From an uncultured Planctomycetota bacterium (GTDB lineage: Bacteria; Planctomycetota; Planctomycetia; Isosphaerales; Isosphaeraceae), in the NCBI GenBank assembly GCA_963823665.1, contig CAWGMQ010000010.1:1408001-1472000 (forward strand): 64,000 nucleotides of DNA, written 5' to 3'. Below are positions 44,413 through 55,200 of the stretch, piece by piece. A program made the position numbers and the translations under genes. The notes beneath the pieces were generated by a model that did no database searches, had not been told where the DNA came from, and was given only the letters and a program-made list of their open reading frames with translations. Position 1 is the first letter of the stretch, and each line of letters opens with the position of its first letter.

Positions 44413-44973
44413 CTAGGCTTCCGTTCCGTGCAGCCGTTTCAGAAGCTGAATCTGGCCGGCGTGATAGACGTCGTGCAACGCGATTCCATAAATCTGCGTG
44501 AGGAAGCGAACCTTGCCTCCCTGCGGAAACTCGTCGAGCCGGTCCGGCGGGAACGCGGCGATCGTCTGGCGCAGCGCGAGGTGTTCCCGGTCGAGGAGTG
44601 CGGTATATTCCTTCCACGCGGCTTCGCTCAGAGACGAGGCGATCGCGAACCAGTTGCTGCCCTTGAGCGGGAATGAACCGCGTTTTTCGCCCGTAAGCCG
44701 CCGGCGGACCGCGTACTTCCAGTAGGCGCAGTGCACGACATTATCGGCGATCGAATGGCGCGGCGGGCTTGGGCGCCATGCGGCTTCTGCCGCGGAGACC
44801 CGGCGGATCGATCCTTTCAAATTCGGTCCGTGCCAGGCTTTCTTGTCGTAGCCTTCGTCGACCAAGCGGAGCAGCAAGGAGATCTCGGCGCCGGGGCTTG
44901 CAGTGGACGCGGGAATCTGGTCGTGCTTGAGGCCGGGACGGACTCGATGTCGTTCTGCGTGGATGACTGTCAT
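44413..44973 (-). CDS. DinB family protein
   Basis: AWHGP, HSIADNVVH, HDVYHAGQI. Confidence 0.85.
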   Translation of the reverse strand: MTVIHAERHRVRPGLKHDQIPASTASPGAEISLLLRLVDEGYDKKAWHGPNLKGSIRRVSAAEAAWRPSPPRHSIADNVVHCAYWKYAVRRRLTGEKRGSFPLKGSNWFAIASSLSEAAWKEYTALLDREHLALRQTIAAFPPDRLDEFPQGGKVRFLTQIYGIALHDVYHAGQIQLLKRLHGTEA

Positions 44974-45186
44974 GGATCGCTCGCGGGATGAGGCCCCGGC
45001 ATCCTGGTGCGCCGGTCGGGCTAGGGCGGGAAACGTGTGGTGCGCCTCTCGTTTCGATTATATCGCCGCAAAATCACTCACAACAGTTTCGGCCGTTGGT
45101 TTAGAATGCGCAAATCGATCCGCGGCGCCTCGGGTTCGCGGCAGGCGGCGTTGTTTTTTTGATCATCAGGGTTGAGGTGAATCCTC

Positions 45187-46410
45187 GTGCGCGTGAACGT
45201 TAACTTCCACGGCGAGACTCTCGAGATTGAGCTTCCGGACGAGCAACTGGTCGCCGCCTGGCAGGCGCCGGTGGGTCGCACTCGCGCGGAATCCGCGGTG
45301 ATGATCGGCGCGGCGCTGGACGCTCCACGGGATTTTCCACCCTTGCGGCAGACCGTCGTTCCGGGCGACCGCGTGACGCTCGCGTTTGACCCATCGATTC
45401 CGGATGGCGGCCTCGTTCTGGAAGCGATTGCGGGCAGGTTGATCGATGCGGGCGTCGAGCCCGGGGGCCTGACGGTGCTCCTGCCGCAGGCGAGCTCGAT
45501 CGAGCTGGAAAAATCGCTGCCTGCCGGAGCGGTGCTCGCCGTGCATGACCCGGATGATCGCAGCCAGTTGGCGTATCTCGCGACGACGAAGCAAGGGCGG
45601 CGTGTCTACCTCAGCCGGCATGTCACCGACGCCGACCTGGTCATTCCGGCCGGGCGCATCGGATTCGACCCGATTCTGGGCCACTGCGGCCCCTGGAGCG
45701 TTCTCTTTCCTGGGCTGGCCAGCCGCGAGATTCTTCAGGAACATCGGAGCTTACTTCGTGCCGACGACGGCAACGCCCGCCAGGAGAGCTCGGCACGGTC
45801 GAACCGCGAGGAGTCACTCGAGGTGAGCTGGCTGCTGGGCACGCAATTTCACGTCGGGGTTGTCGCCGCCCTGGATGGGTTTGCCGAGGTGACCGCCGGG
45901 CGGGAGACCTCGGTGTGCGAGCAAGGGATCGCGTGGCTCGACGAGCGCTGGACGTTTCGTCCGGAATCGCGCGCGGAGATCGTCGTCGCCGGTGTGGGAT
46001 GCGGCCCGGCGGCGGCCACGCTCGACGCCCTTGCGGAGGGCCTTGCGACCGCCAGGCGGCTGGTGCAGCGCGGGGGCAAGATCGTCGTGCTCTCGCGTGC
46101 GGCCGGCCCGGTTGGACCGGCGCTTCGATGCCTGATCGACGCAGGTGGGGCAGAGCGCGGACCGACTCTGCTACACGGCCACCAGAAGGACGACGACTTC
46201 CACATCGCGCTACGGATCGCGGAGGCCGTTGCCTGGGCGGACGTGTTCCTGTACAGCGGGATGGATCGCGAGCTGGTCGAAGAATTATCGATGGTCGCGC
46301 TCGAGAAACCGGAACAGGCCCGTCGCCTGGTGGCGCAATGTCGCTCGGCCACGTTTGTGAGCGCGGCGGACTGGACGAGAGCACGTGCGCAGGGCGACGA
46401 TGAGTCTTGA
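45187..46410 (+). CDS. Lactate racemase (LarA) N-domain-like protein
   Basis: ALDAP.DFPPL, VHDPDD, YLATTKQGRRVYLSR...ADLVI. Confidence 0.75.
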   Translation: MRVNVNFHGETLEIELPDEQLVAAWQAPVGRTRAESAVMIGAALDAPRDFPPLRQTVVPGDRVTLAFDPSIPDGGLVLEAIAGRLIDAGVEPGGLTVLLPQASSIELEKSLPAGAVLAVHDPDDRSQLAYLATTKQGRRVYLSRHVTDADLVIPAGRIGFDPILGHCGPWSVLFPGLASREILQEHRSLLRADDGNARQESSARSNREESLEVSWLLGTQFHVGVVAALDGFAEVTAGRETSVCEQGIAWLDERWTFRPESRAEIVVAGVGCGPAAATLDALAEGLATARRLVQRGGKIVVLSRAAGPVGPALRCLIDAGGAERGPTLLHGHQKDDDFHIALRIAEAVAWADVFLYSGMDRELVEELSMVALEKPEQARRLVAQCRSATFVSAADWTRARAQGDDES

Positions 46411-46455
46411 TCGAAGCCGGGAGACGACTGAACTTCATTGCGGATCGAGAGCACC

Positions 46456-47481
46456 ATGTCTGACGCCCAGGTTTTTCACAGCATCGCGGGCCGCGCCGGC
46501 CTGTTTGATCGATCGGACCGCTGCCGGCTCGCCATCAGCGGGCCGGACCGGGCCAAGTTTCTGCATAACCTGGTCACAAACGAGGTCAAACGGCTGCCGG
46601 TGGGCCGAGGCTGCGAGGCGTTCGTCACGAGTCCGCAAGGCAAAACGATTGCGTTCGTGATCGTGCTGGCGACCGAGGACTCGATCTTGCTGGGCACCGA
46701 CCCGGGTGGAACCGACGCGCTGCTTCCTCATCTGGCGAAGTACGGCGTTTTCGACGACGTCGCGATCGAGGATCGTTCGGGGTCGACGTTTGAGTACCAC
46801 GTGGCTGGTCCCGCGGCTGAAGAAGTCGTGAGGAAGTGCCTGGGCCAGCTTCCGGAAGGTGTTGACTTGGCGCACGTGCAAGCCGCGTTCGGGGGAGAAC
46901 CCGTCAGGCTCATTCGTGAATCGCCGGCGGGAATGCCAGGCTTCTCGCTGGTCGGCAATCTCGACGCGGGTGTTGCGCTCAAAGCCGGCTTGCTCTCAGC
47001 CGGGAGAGGGCTGGGCCTGGTCGAAGCCGGTGGTGACGTATTCGAGGTCTTGCGGATCGAGGCGGGCACGCCGGTGTTCGGCAAGGACATCACCGAGAAG
47101 AATCTTCCCCAGGAAATCGGCCGGGATTCTCGAGCGATCAATTTCGTCAAGGGTTGCTACCTGGGTCAGGAGACCGTGGCGCGACTTGACGCACTCGGGC
47201 ACGTGAATCAAGTGCTGAAGGGCCTGCGATTTGAACCGGGCTCGCCGTGCCCTGAGCCGGGATGCCCGCTGGAAGAAGAAGGCAAGAGAGCGGGCGAGGT
47301 GACATCGGCGGCATTCTCGCCGGTACGAAACGCTCCAATCGCTCTGGCGATGGTTCGGACCAAGCCGAGCGCGGCGGGCACGAACGTTCAGATCGCACTG
47401 CCGGGCGGCAGCGTGGTTGCCGCGATCGTCAGCGACTTGCCGTTTCACGCTCACTCGAGCGAAAAAAATGGAACGCTTTGA
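46456..47481 (+). CDS. ygfZ: YgfZ/GcvT folate-binding protein
   Basis: KGCYLGQE signature; LRIEAG. Confidence 0.9.
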   Translation: MSDAQVFHSIAGRAGLFDRSDRCRLAISGPDRAKFLHNLVTNEVKRLPVGRGCEAFVTSPQGKTIAFVIVLATEDSILLGTDPGGTDALLPHLAKYGVFDDVAIEDRSGSTFEYHVAGPAAEEVVRKCLGQLPEGVDLAHVQAAFGGEPVRLIRESPAGMPGFSLVGNLDAGVALKAGLLSAGRGLGLVEAGGDVFEVLRIEAGTPVFGKDITEKNLPQEIGRDSRAINFVKGCYLGQETVARLDALGHVNQVLKGLRFEPGSPCPEPGCPLEEEGKRAGEVTSAAFSPVRNAPIALAMVRTKPSAAGTNVQIALPGGSVVAAIVSDLPFHAHSSEKNGTL

Positions 47482-47530
47482 ACTTTGACTGCATGAAGAG
47501 AGTGAGTCATCGATCTTGACGTACGGGGTC

Positions 47531-49008
47531 ATGGCCATGAGGCAGTCGCCGGCGGTTCTCCACGACATTCACACGCTGTTTCAGGACGGGACGAGCAACG
47601 GCCTGACTGACGCCGACTTGCTCGATCGGTTCAGGGCGCGGTCTGATCTCGATGCGTCGGAGGCCGCATTCGCAGGTCTCTTGGCCCGCCACGGCCCGAT
47701 GGTTCTTGGTGTCTGCCGTCGCGCCCTGCGAAACCCGGAAGACGTCGCCGACGCGTTTCAAGCGACGTTCTTGATCCTGGTTCGTAAAGCGGATTCCGTG
47801 CGGGTGGACGACTCGCTGGGACGCTGGCTCTACGGAGTGAGCCGCCGGGTCTCGGTCCGCGCGAAACTCGCGGAGGCCCGCCGGTCGGCCAGGCAGGTTC
47901 CAGGAGCCGAGCTCGCGGCAGCCCCGGCTGACGACGCCGATCGGGACGAGCTGCGCGACGTTCTGGACGAGGAGATCGGCCGGTTACCAGAGAAATTCCG
48001 CTCGGCGGTGGTGCTCTGTGAACTGCAAGGATTCGGTCATGACGAGGCGGCGCGGCGATTGGGATGTGCCGTGGGCACGGTCAAGAGCCGGCTGAGTCGC
48101 GCACGGGAGAAGCTTCGCTCTCGGTTGATTCGCCGGGGCGTCGCGCCCGCGGCCTGGGCGGTGTATGCCGAGTCTTCATCGGCCGCGGTACCGGCAAAAC
48201 TGATGGAGGCGACAATCAACTCCGCGACCGCCGGCGCGGATGGGTCTATTCCACCGGCAGTCACTTTTCTTATCGAAGGAGTGTTACGAGCCATGTTACT
48301 GAAAAAGGTGTCGATGATCGCGGTCACCGTCGTCGCGGGCCTCGCTCTGGCGAGCAGCGCGGCAGTCCTGCGCGACAGGCAGCAGCGTTCCCGAGAGAAG
48401 GGCAACAGGACGGGCAACGCGATGAACGGAAATTCAGCGGCGACAATGAATTGAGCAACACTTCCGCTTCGTCCGGCGCCCTCTCTCGCGAATCGACGGA
48501 ACAGCAGGATGAAGCGATTGACCAGCTCGAGTTACTTCGCTTGGATATCGAACTACTCGCAGGGGAAGTCGACGCTCGTAAACTGGCGATCGGTCATACT
48601 ACTCAGAGTGTCATTCAGATGCGAGTTTCGGGCCGCGTTTCTAATACCAACGACGTTCTCCAAGGGCAGGCCAGGCAAGATCGCCTCGAAGTGCTGGAAA
48701 AAGGTCTTAACGAGGTACGGAGAGTATGGATCGCAAAGAATCGGGAGCTCAGGAAGAAAAAATCCGAGCTGGGCGAACTGGAGGCGAACGCCCAACGTGA
48801 AAGAAACAATCGGGTGGCTGGAATCAGATCCCCGCAGACGGCTGGCAAAGACAAAAGGGAAGCCGACAGGAAGAACGCAGCTTCCAATCAGCTCGCAGGC
48901 TCGCCCTCGATCGCACCGGTGCTGGAGAAACGTTTGTCCGAGATTGAACGGAAGCTCGACAGTGTTTTGAACGCACTGGAGGACTTGAAACGCGAACCGC
49001 GCGAGTGA
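47531..49008 (+). CDS. ECF sigma factor with TM and C-terminal coiled-coil extension (frameshift at ~48380)
   Basis: RHGPMVLGVCRR, DAFQATFLIL, GTVKSRLSRAR. Confidence 0.88.
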
Positions 49009-49087
49009 CTCGCCTTCACGCAGCGGGCACGGCGGCGATAAGTCAGCAGGTAACAGCTTTGCTGTAGGCCGCGTGAACAGTGATTGT

Positions 49088-49241
49088 CTAGGACCCCTCG
49101 AGTCGGCCGTCCCGCTCGTCGCGCTCGAATCTGCTCGTCCCAGAGGCGATCGGCATATTCCGCGAGCCAGGCCCGGACGCGAGCCACATCGCTGGCGGGC
49201 AGACGTTCGATCGCGGCGGTAATCTCGTCGAGTGTGCTCAT
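49088..49241 (-). pseudogene. Small putative antitoxin-like protein, frameshifted or truncated
   Basis: MSTLDEITAAIERL...WLAEY...WDEQI(ERD..GRL); no partner gene visible downstream. Confidence 0.5.
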
Positions 49242-49284
49242 GAGCAACTCAGCAATCCACAATTCTTGAAGTTATGACTGATGT

Positions 49285-50154
49285 TTATCGACGGCTTGGT
49301 GCCAGGGTAAGCCGAGAACTGCTACAGGTGGATTCGGCGCTCTTCTCGGCGATGATTTCCAATACCATTGGTGTCAGCATCACGGTTGTTGGATCCGATT
49401 CGGCCATCGCCCATTCGTTTCTCACTCGATCGCAGAAGCCCGCGTCCACTCGACCGAGCTCGAGGAGTCTCCGAAGATTGGTGTCCAGGAATGATGCAGG
49501 CCAGCGCCAGTGGAAATCTGCAGGGTGGACTGCGAAGATGATCGGTTCCACATGAGTAAGACGAAAACCTGCGGCCGTGAGCACGAGGGGAAGCGCGAGG
49601 GCCACGTCAGGTTCTCCGCCCGTGGCCTGCCAACTCGCCATTACCTCGGCAACGAATGCCTCGACGGCGTGTCGGCGTGGGGCGAGCCGCCAGGTCCGAT
49701 AGTCGGCGTATTCATGAAAGACAACTCTGCCCCCGACGCGGAGGGTCTGGTGGATCGCCCGCACGAGCTGCTCAGGGCTTTTGACAAATGACGCTACCCA
49801 CCGGCACCAGGCCACGTCGAATCCGGCTGCCTGGATCGGTTCGGACATCAAATCGAGCTCGTGGACGCGGACGTTGTTCAAACCGTGCCTGGCGACCGCA
49901 TCTCTCAACGCAGTGACGAACCGATCTGACCGCTCCGCCGCCACGACCTCGCCGCGGTCTCCGACGATCTCGGCCAGATCAACGGTCGCGAAGCCGGGGC
50001 CCGCACCAACGTCGAGGACGCGCGATCCAACCGTCGCGCCTGCGCGCCTCAGTGCGTCGAGCATCCTTGGCCGCCAGACTCGGTGCTGCAGGCCCAGTCG
50101 CTGTAGTTCCTCCTCATGCGTTCCAAGGACATAGTCGCGATCCAAAGTACCCAT
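49285..50154 (-). CDS. Class I SAM-dependent methyltransferase
   Basis: YVLG..EELQRL..QH; VLDVGAGPG; FDVAWCRW. Confidence 0.92.
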   Translation of the reverse strand: MGTLDRDYVLGTHEEELQRLGLQHRVWRPRMLDALRRAGATVGSRVLDVGAGPGFATVDLAEIVGDRGEVVAAERSDRFVTALRDAVARHGLNNVRVHELDLMSEPIQAAGFDVAWCRWVASFVKSPEQLVRAIHQTLRVGGRVVFHEYADYRTWRLAPRRHAVEAFVAEVMASWQATGGEPDVALALPLVLTAAGFRLTHVEPIIFAVHPADFHWRWPASFLDTNLRRLLELGRVDAGFCDRVRNEWAMAESDPTTVMLTPMVLEIIAEKSAESTCSSSRLTLAPSRR

Positions 50155-50545
50155 GTCTTGCCCTTTCCCAACGTTTGACCTGGTGGGGAGTTTGGACAAG
50201 ATATCGCGAGCGGAACGAGCCGTCTCGCCGTTTCCGGCCGTGCAATTGCGATTCGGGCAATCTGGAGCCAGAGGCATTCTGGAGCCAGACACCCAACCTC
50301 TGGAGTTGGTTCCGGGGCACCCGTTGCAGACATCCACCGCTCAGGGGGCACCCGAGCTGTTCGCAGCAGCGGACGCGTCCAAACGCTGGCGACCTACCCG
50401 AGCGCACACGATTGCTGACCGTGCGTCTTACAGCGCGTGCTGTGCGCAACGTCGGCCGCGAGGCGCCCTGCGAACGCGGGACGCGAACCGGTGTCAGTCA
50501 CGTGTGCAGGTTTCGCCCGGGACCCACTCCGGTTGGTGGGTGTCT

Positions 50546-51278
50546 TTGCGTCAGGAAAAGCTCGAGAAAGGAGGAAGTGCCTCGAAACACAGAAACCTTT
50601 CATCGCGACCCTGCGGGTTAACGAATCCCGCCCGGCAGAGCCTGGCCGGCAGCCGGAAGCAAGTCTTGCGTGGGGAGGGGTGACCCTCACTGCGAAGCGT
50701 AGACAGCGAGTCTCCATGCCATGCTATCGAGCCCCGAAATACTCATCGTGGGAGCCTCCGTTGTAGACACAAGCGGGGGCCGTGTCGACACGCCGCAATG
50801 GCCTGGCGTGTTCGGTCCTGCCGGGGTCCAAGAACATGGCGCAGGGACGCGAGGGTTGCTCGGGAACCTGAGAGCCCCATCCGTCTCCACTGACATTTCC
50901 GGCTCGGGAACCGGAATACCAACTCCCCGGCCCACGACCCCGCGTCGGGTCGCTGGGAGCGAACAAGACGCAAGGGTGGTATCGCCAAACGAAGGCAACG
51001 AAGTGCGGCGAAATGGGCGGACGGGAGTCGGAGTGCTCCGTAGTAGCAGTGAAGCGGGGGAATGGGCCCTCCCAGACCCTGTGGAGCGAAGGGGGTACCG
51101 TGTCGCGGACTGGAAGCCGGAACCACGCCGAGGGCATTGGACCTCAGAGCGCGTCACCGCGAGGCGACCAGATCGTGAGAGGGACAGCGACGCCGCGACA
51201 TGACGAGCCGGATGCCTTAATTGGGCACGTCCGGATCAGTGGGAGCCCTGGCGGAGCGATCCGCCAGGGCGACCCGGC
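50546..51278 (+). mobile_element. ORF-less group II intron, copy 1 (733 nt)
   Basis: Domain V at 51205-51237 (AGC triad, AC bulge); domain VI 11-bp stem with GCGA loop and bulged A 51272; EBS1 AGACAC (50765-50770) complementary to exon end GTGTCT (50540-50545). Confidence 0.92.
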
Positions 51279-51302
51279 GGTTTCCCCGGTTGGTGGGTGT
51301 CT

Positions 51303-52035
51303 TTGCGTCAGGAAAAGCTCGAGAAAGGAGGAGGTGCCTCGAAACACAGAAACCTTTCATCGCGACCCTGCGGGTTAACGAATCCCGCCCGGCAGAGCCT
51401 GGCCGGCAGCCGGAAGCAAGTCTTGCGTGGGGAGGGGTGACCCTCACTGCGAAGCGTAGACAGCGAGTCTCCATGCCATGCTATCGAGCCCCGAAATACT
51501 CATCGTGGGAGCCTCCGTTGTAGACACAAGCGGGGGCCGTGTCGACACGCCGCAATGGCCTGGCGTGTTCGGTCCTGCCGGGGTCCAAGAACATGGCGCA
51601 GGGACGCGAGGGTTGCTCGGGAACCTGAGAGCCCCATCCGTCTCCACTGACATTTCCGGCTCGGGAACCGGAATACCAACTCCCCGGCCCACGACCCCGC
51701 GTCGGGTCGCTGGGAGCGAACAAGACGCAAGGGTGGTATCGCCAAACGAAGGCAACGAAGTGCGGCGAAATGGGCGGACGGGAGTCGGAGTGCTCCGTAG
51801 TAGCAGTGAAGCGGGGGAATGGGCCCTCCCAGACCCTGTGGAGCGAAGGGGGTACCGTGTCGCGGACTGGAAGCCGGAACCACGCCGAGGGCATTGGACC
51901 TCAGAGCGCGTCACCGCGAGGCGACCAGATCGTGAGAGGGACAGCGACGCCGCGACATGACGAGCCGGATGCCTTAATTGGGCACGTCCGGATCAGTGGG
52001 AGCCCTGGCGGAGCGATCCGCCAGGGCGACCCGGC
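51303..52035 (+). mobile_element. ORF-less group II intron, copy 2 (733 nt)
   Basis: Direct repeat of copy 1 at a 757-bp period; only difference noticed is A50576 vs G51333. Confidence 0.92.
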
Positions 52036-52247
52036 GGTTTCCCCCCCGCGTTCTTTGCGGTAATGTGTACTGATCTCACGATAATGTTCTCACTTAGAGT
52101 GCTTGTGGCAAGTGGAAGCCAAATCGGGTCGTCAGCCGCTTGCCGGCGCCGGCATCCGAGGACGATATGCAGCTTCGGCCGGATTGTGTCGCGGACTGCA
52201 TCGGCTTGCTTGGCGTGAGCCAACGATAGGACCCTGGCGAAAGGATT

Positions 52248-55200
52248 CTACTTCGACGTCTTGCCCAGAAGTTCGTCGAGATGCGGAGTGACCGGCTCGT
52301 TTAACGGCAGGAACCAGATTGACGGCTTCTTCTGCGCACGGTATTGCCGGTCGAGAGATTCGAGCACTTCCTTGATCGTCTTGCCAGGGCCGAGGACCGC
52401 ATCGACGCGTGGCGCAATTTGTTCAGTCAGTGCCACAAACCAGGACGAGTTCTTCGCCTTCGCACTGTAGTGCTGGTCGAGCTTGTCGAGGACCTCTTTC
52501 GCGGGGATGGCCGGCCCGAGGAGTTGGTCCAGCAAGGGAGCGGCCCTTTGGTCGAGGCCGAGTTTAGTTCAGCGCCTCCCGAGCTTGATGGCGTGCGCGA
52601 GCCGCCTCGATCGCGGCCGGTGCGTCGATTGCGGGTTGGGGTGGTGGTATCCTTCCATCCTTCAATGCCGCGAGTAGCTCTGCCGACTGCGGACGGAGGG
52701 CGGGATCGATTGCCCCTACTTTCAGAGCGCTGTCGTACGCGGCGAGGGAGTCCTCGGCAGACTTTTGAGCCGCTGCCTGCGCGCCCAGACGCCACAGGCA
52801 TAGTGCGAGATGATAGCGAACTCGACCGTTCCACGATGCGTCCTCGGGCTCTGCCCGCTCGAGTTCCGGCATCAGCGCCGAGATCTCGTTGCAGGCTTTC
52901 TCCGCCAATCCGAGCTCGCGCAGCGCAGCCGCCCGGAGAATGCGAGTTCGAAGCATGGCAAAGGGCTTCACAGATTGGTCGGCCATGGGGTCTAGCGCGG
53001 CCTCGCAGAGCACGACTGAGTCGGCATGAGCACCCTCGTTGAAGGCGGCTAGGCCCCGTGCAGTCAGTTCATCCCCGTTTGGCCGAAGCAGGTTGTCGAG
53101 ATGCTGGGCGATTGGTTCATCCGGCCCGAGGAGATAGACAGCCGGCTTGCCCATTTCCTTGTAATGGCGATCCAGGAATGACAGCACGTCCGCGACTGAT
53201 CTGGTCGGGCCGATGAGCCTTTCCACCTCGGGAACGATCGGCGCCAGCTTGTCCGTCACCTCCGTCGTTGATTTGATCCGCCGGGAGATCTCGGGCTCGG
53301 CCAGCTTCAGCGCGGCGAGCAGTTGGCGGTAGTTATCGAGATTTTGACGCAGATTCGGATGCTCATGGCCCGTCGATCGTTGGAATCGCGATAAGATGCG
53401 AACGGCGCGTGCCATAAGTGGCTCGGCCGCCTCGATGCGGTTAGTGGAGAAAAGAAGCAACGCCTGATTGTTCAGGTCTCTTGCGACGGCGGGGTGATCG
53501 GGGCCGTACGTCCGTTCGTCGATGTCCATCGCCCGCCGATATAGCGGCTCGGCCTCCGACATTCGATTCGTCGCGCGGAGCAGCTCCGCCATGTTGTTGA
53601 GACTTTTTGCCACATCCGCGCTGTCGGGGCCGTACGAGCTCTGATCGATCGCCAGCGCCCGCCGCATCAGTGGCTCGGCCACCACCGTGCGGTTCGTGTC
53701 GTGGAGCAACCCCGCCAGGTTGCTGAGGTCGATCGCGACGTTGGGGTGGCGTGGGCCGTACGACCTTTCGTCGATCGCCAGCGCTCGCCGATATAGCGGC
53801 TCGGCGTCCGCGATGCGGTTCGTATCGTGGAGCAGCGTCGCCAGGTTATTGAGGCAATTCGCGACGAAAGGGTGGTCGGGCCCGTACGAATGCTCGTCGA
53901 TCGCAAGCGCCCGACGACAGAGTGGCTCGGCCTCCGCCATGCGATTCGTTGCCTGGAGCATCGCCGCCAGGTTATTGAGGCGATTCGCGACGAGAGGATG
54001 GTCGGACCCGTACGACTGCTCGTCGATCGCCAGCGCCCGGCGATAGAGCGGCTCGGCCTCCACCACGCGGTTCGTTGCCTGGAACATCGCCGCCAGGTTA
54101 TTGAGGCAATTCGCGACGAGGGGATGGCCGGGCCCGGTCGACGGCTCGGCGATCGCTAGCGCCCGGCGAAACAGCGGCTCGGCGTGCGCGGTACGGCCGG
54201 TCGCCTCGAGCAGAAGCGCCAGGTTGTTTAGGTCGGCCGCGAATTCAGCTTGGTCCGGGCCACGCGACCGCTCGTTAATCGCCAGCGCCCGACGGAATAG
54301 CGGCTCGGCCTCTGCGATGCGGTTGGTGTTACGGAGCAACTCCGCCAGGTTGTTGAGGTTAGTCGCGACGTTTGCATGGTCAGGGCCGTACGACCGCTCG
54401 TTAATCGCCAGCGCCCGACGGAATAGCGGCTCGGCCTCCGCGATGCGGTTGGTGTTGCGGAGCAACTCCGCCAGGTTGTTGGATCCCATCGCTTCCTCAC
54501 CGGGTTGCGCAGCCAGTTTCAACGCCTCGCGGAGATGGGGTTCCGCGTCGCTGTACCTCGCGAGTTCCAATAAGAGAACACCCAAATCGATACGCGAATC
54601 GAACCAGCTAGGATTCTCGCGAACAATCAGGTCACGAATTCTGAGTGCTTCGTCCCACCTCAGACTGCTTTCGTAAAGGTCAGCTTGAAGCACCGTCGGG
54701 CGATAGGCCTCGCGCAAGCGTTGGTCGGCACGATCGCGGAAAGACTTCGCCGCGCCGATTTTCCTTTCGATGGTCGGCTGTTTTTGTTCGAGGTACTTGA
54801 TTGCCGCATCGACACCCTCGATCGGTTTGTCGAGGATGTTGGCGGCTTCGATGAAAATCGGATCCGGATCTCCGGCCAAACCTTCGCGAATCGTCGCGAC
54901 GAGATCCTGTACGGCTTCCAAGGTCTGATCGCGGCGTTTCTCGATCTCGTCGCGCTTTCGCCAATCGTCAGGGGACCGCGCTTGCGCGGCGGCGATTTCT
55001 TCGACGGCCCGTCTGCGAATGTGGCTCTGCATCTTGCCGACCAGAACGTCAGGATCCGCGTCCTGTTTTCCCAGTGCTTCCAGGTTTTTGTTGACACTCG
55101 TGATTTGTGTGGTGAATCCTTGGCCGAGATTGAGCGTTACGGCCGCAACCGCCACCAGACTTGCCACGCCGATCGCGCCGAGGGCGACTCGCGTTCGTGA

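Noticed and set aside
50394..52063. Duplicated ORFs within the 757-bp repeats read as proteins or an IS transposase
   Set aside because: There are no RT or transposase motifs and no terminal inverted repeats; the sequence is explained by group II intron RNA structure.
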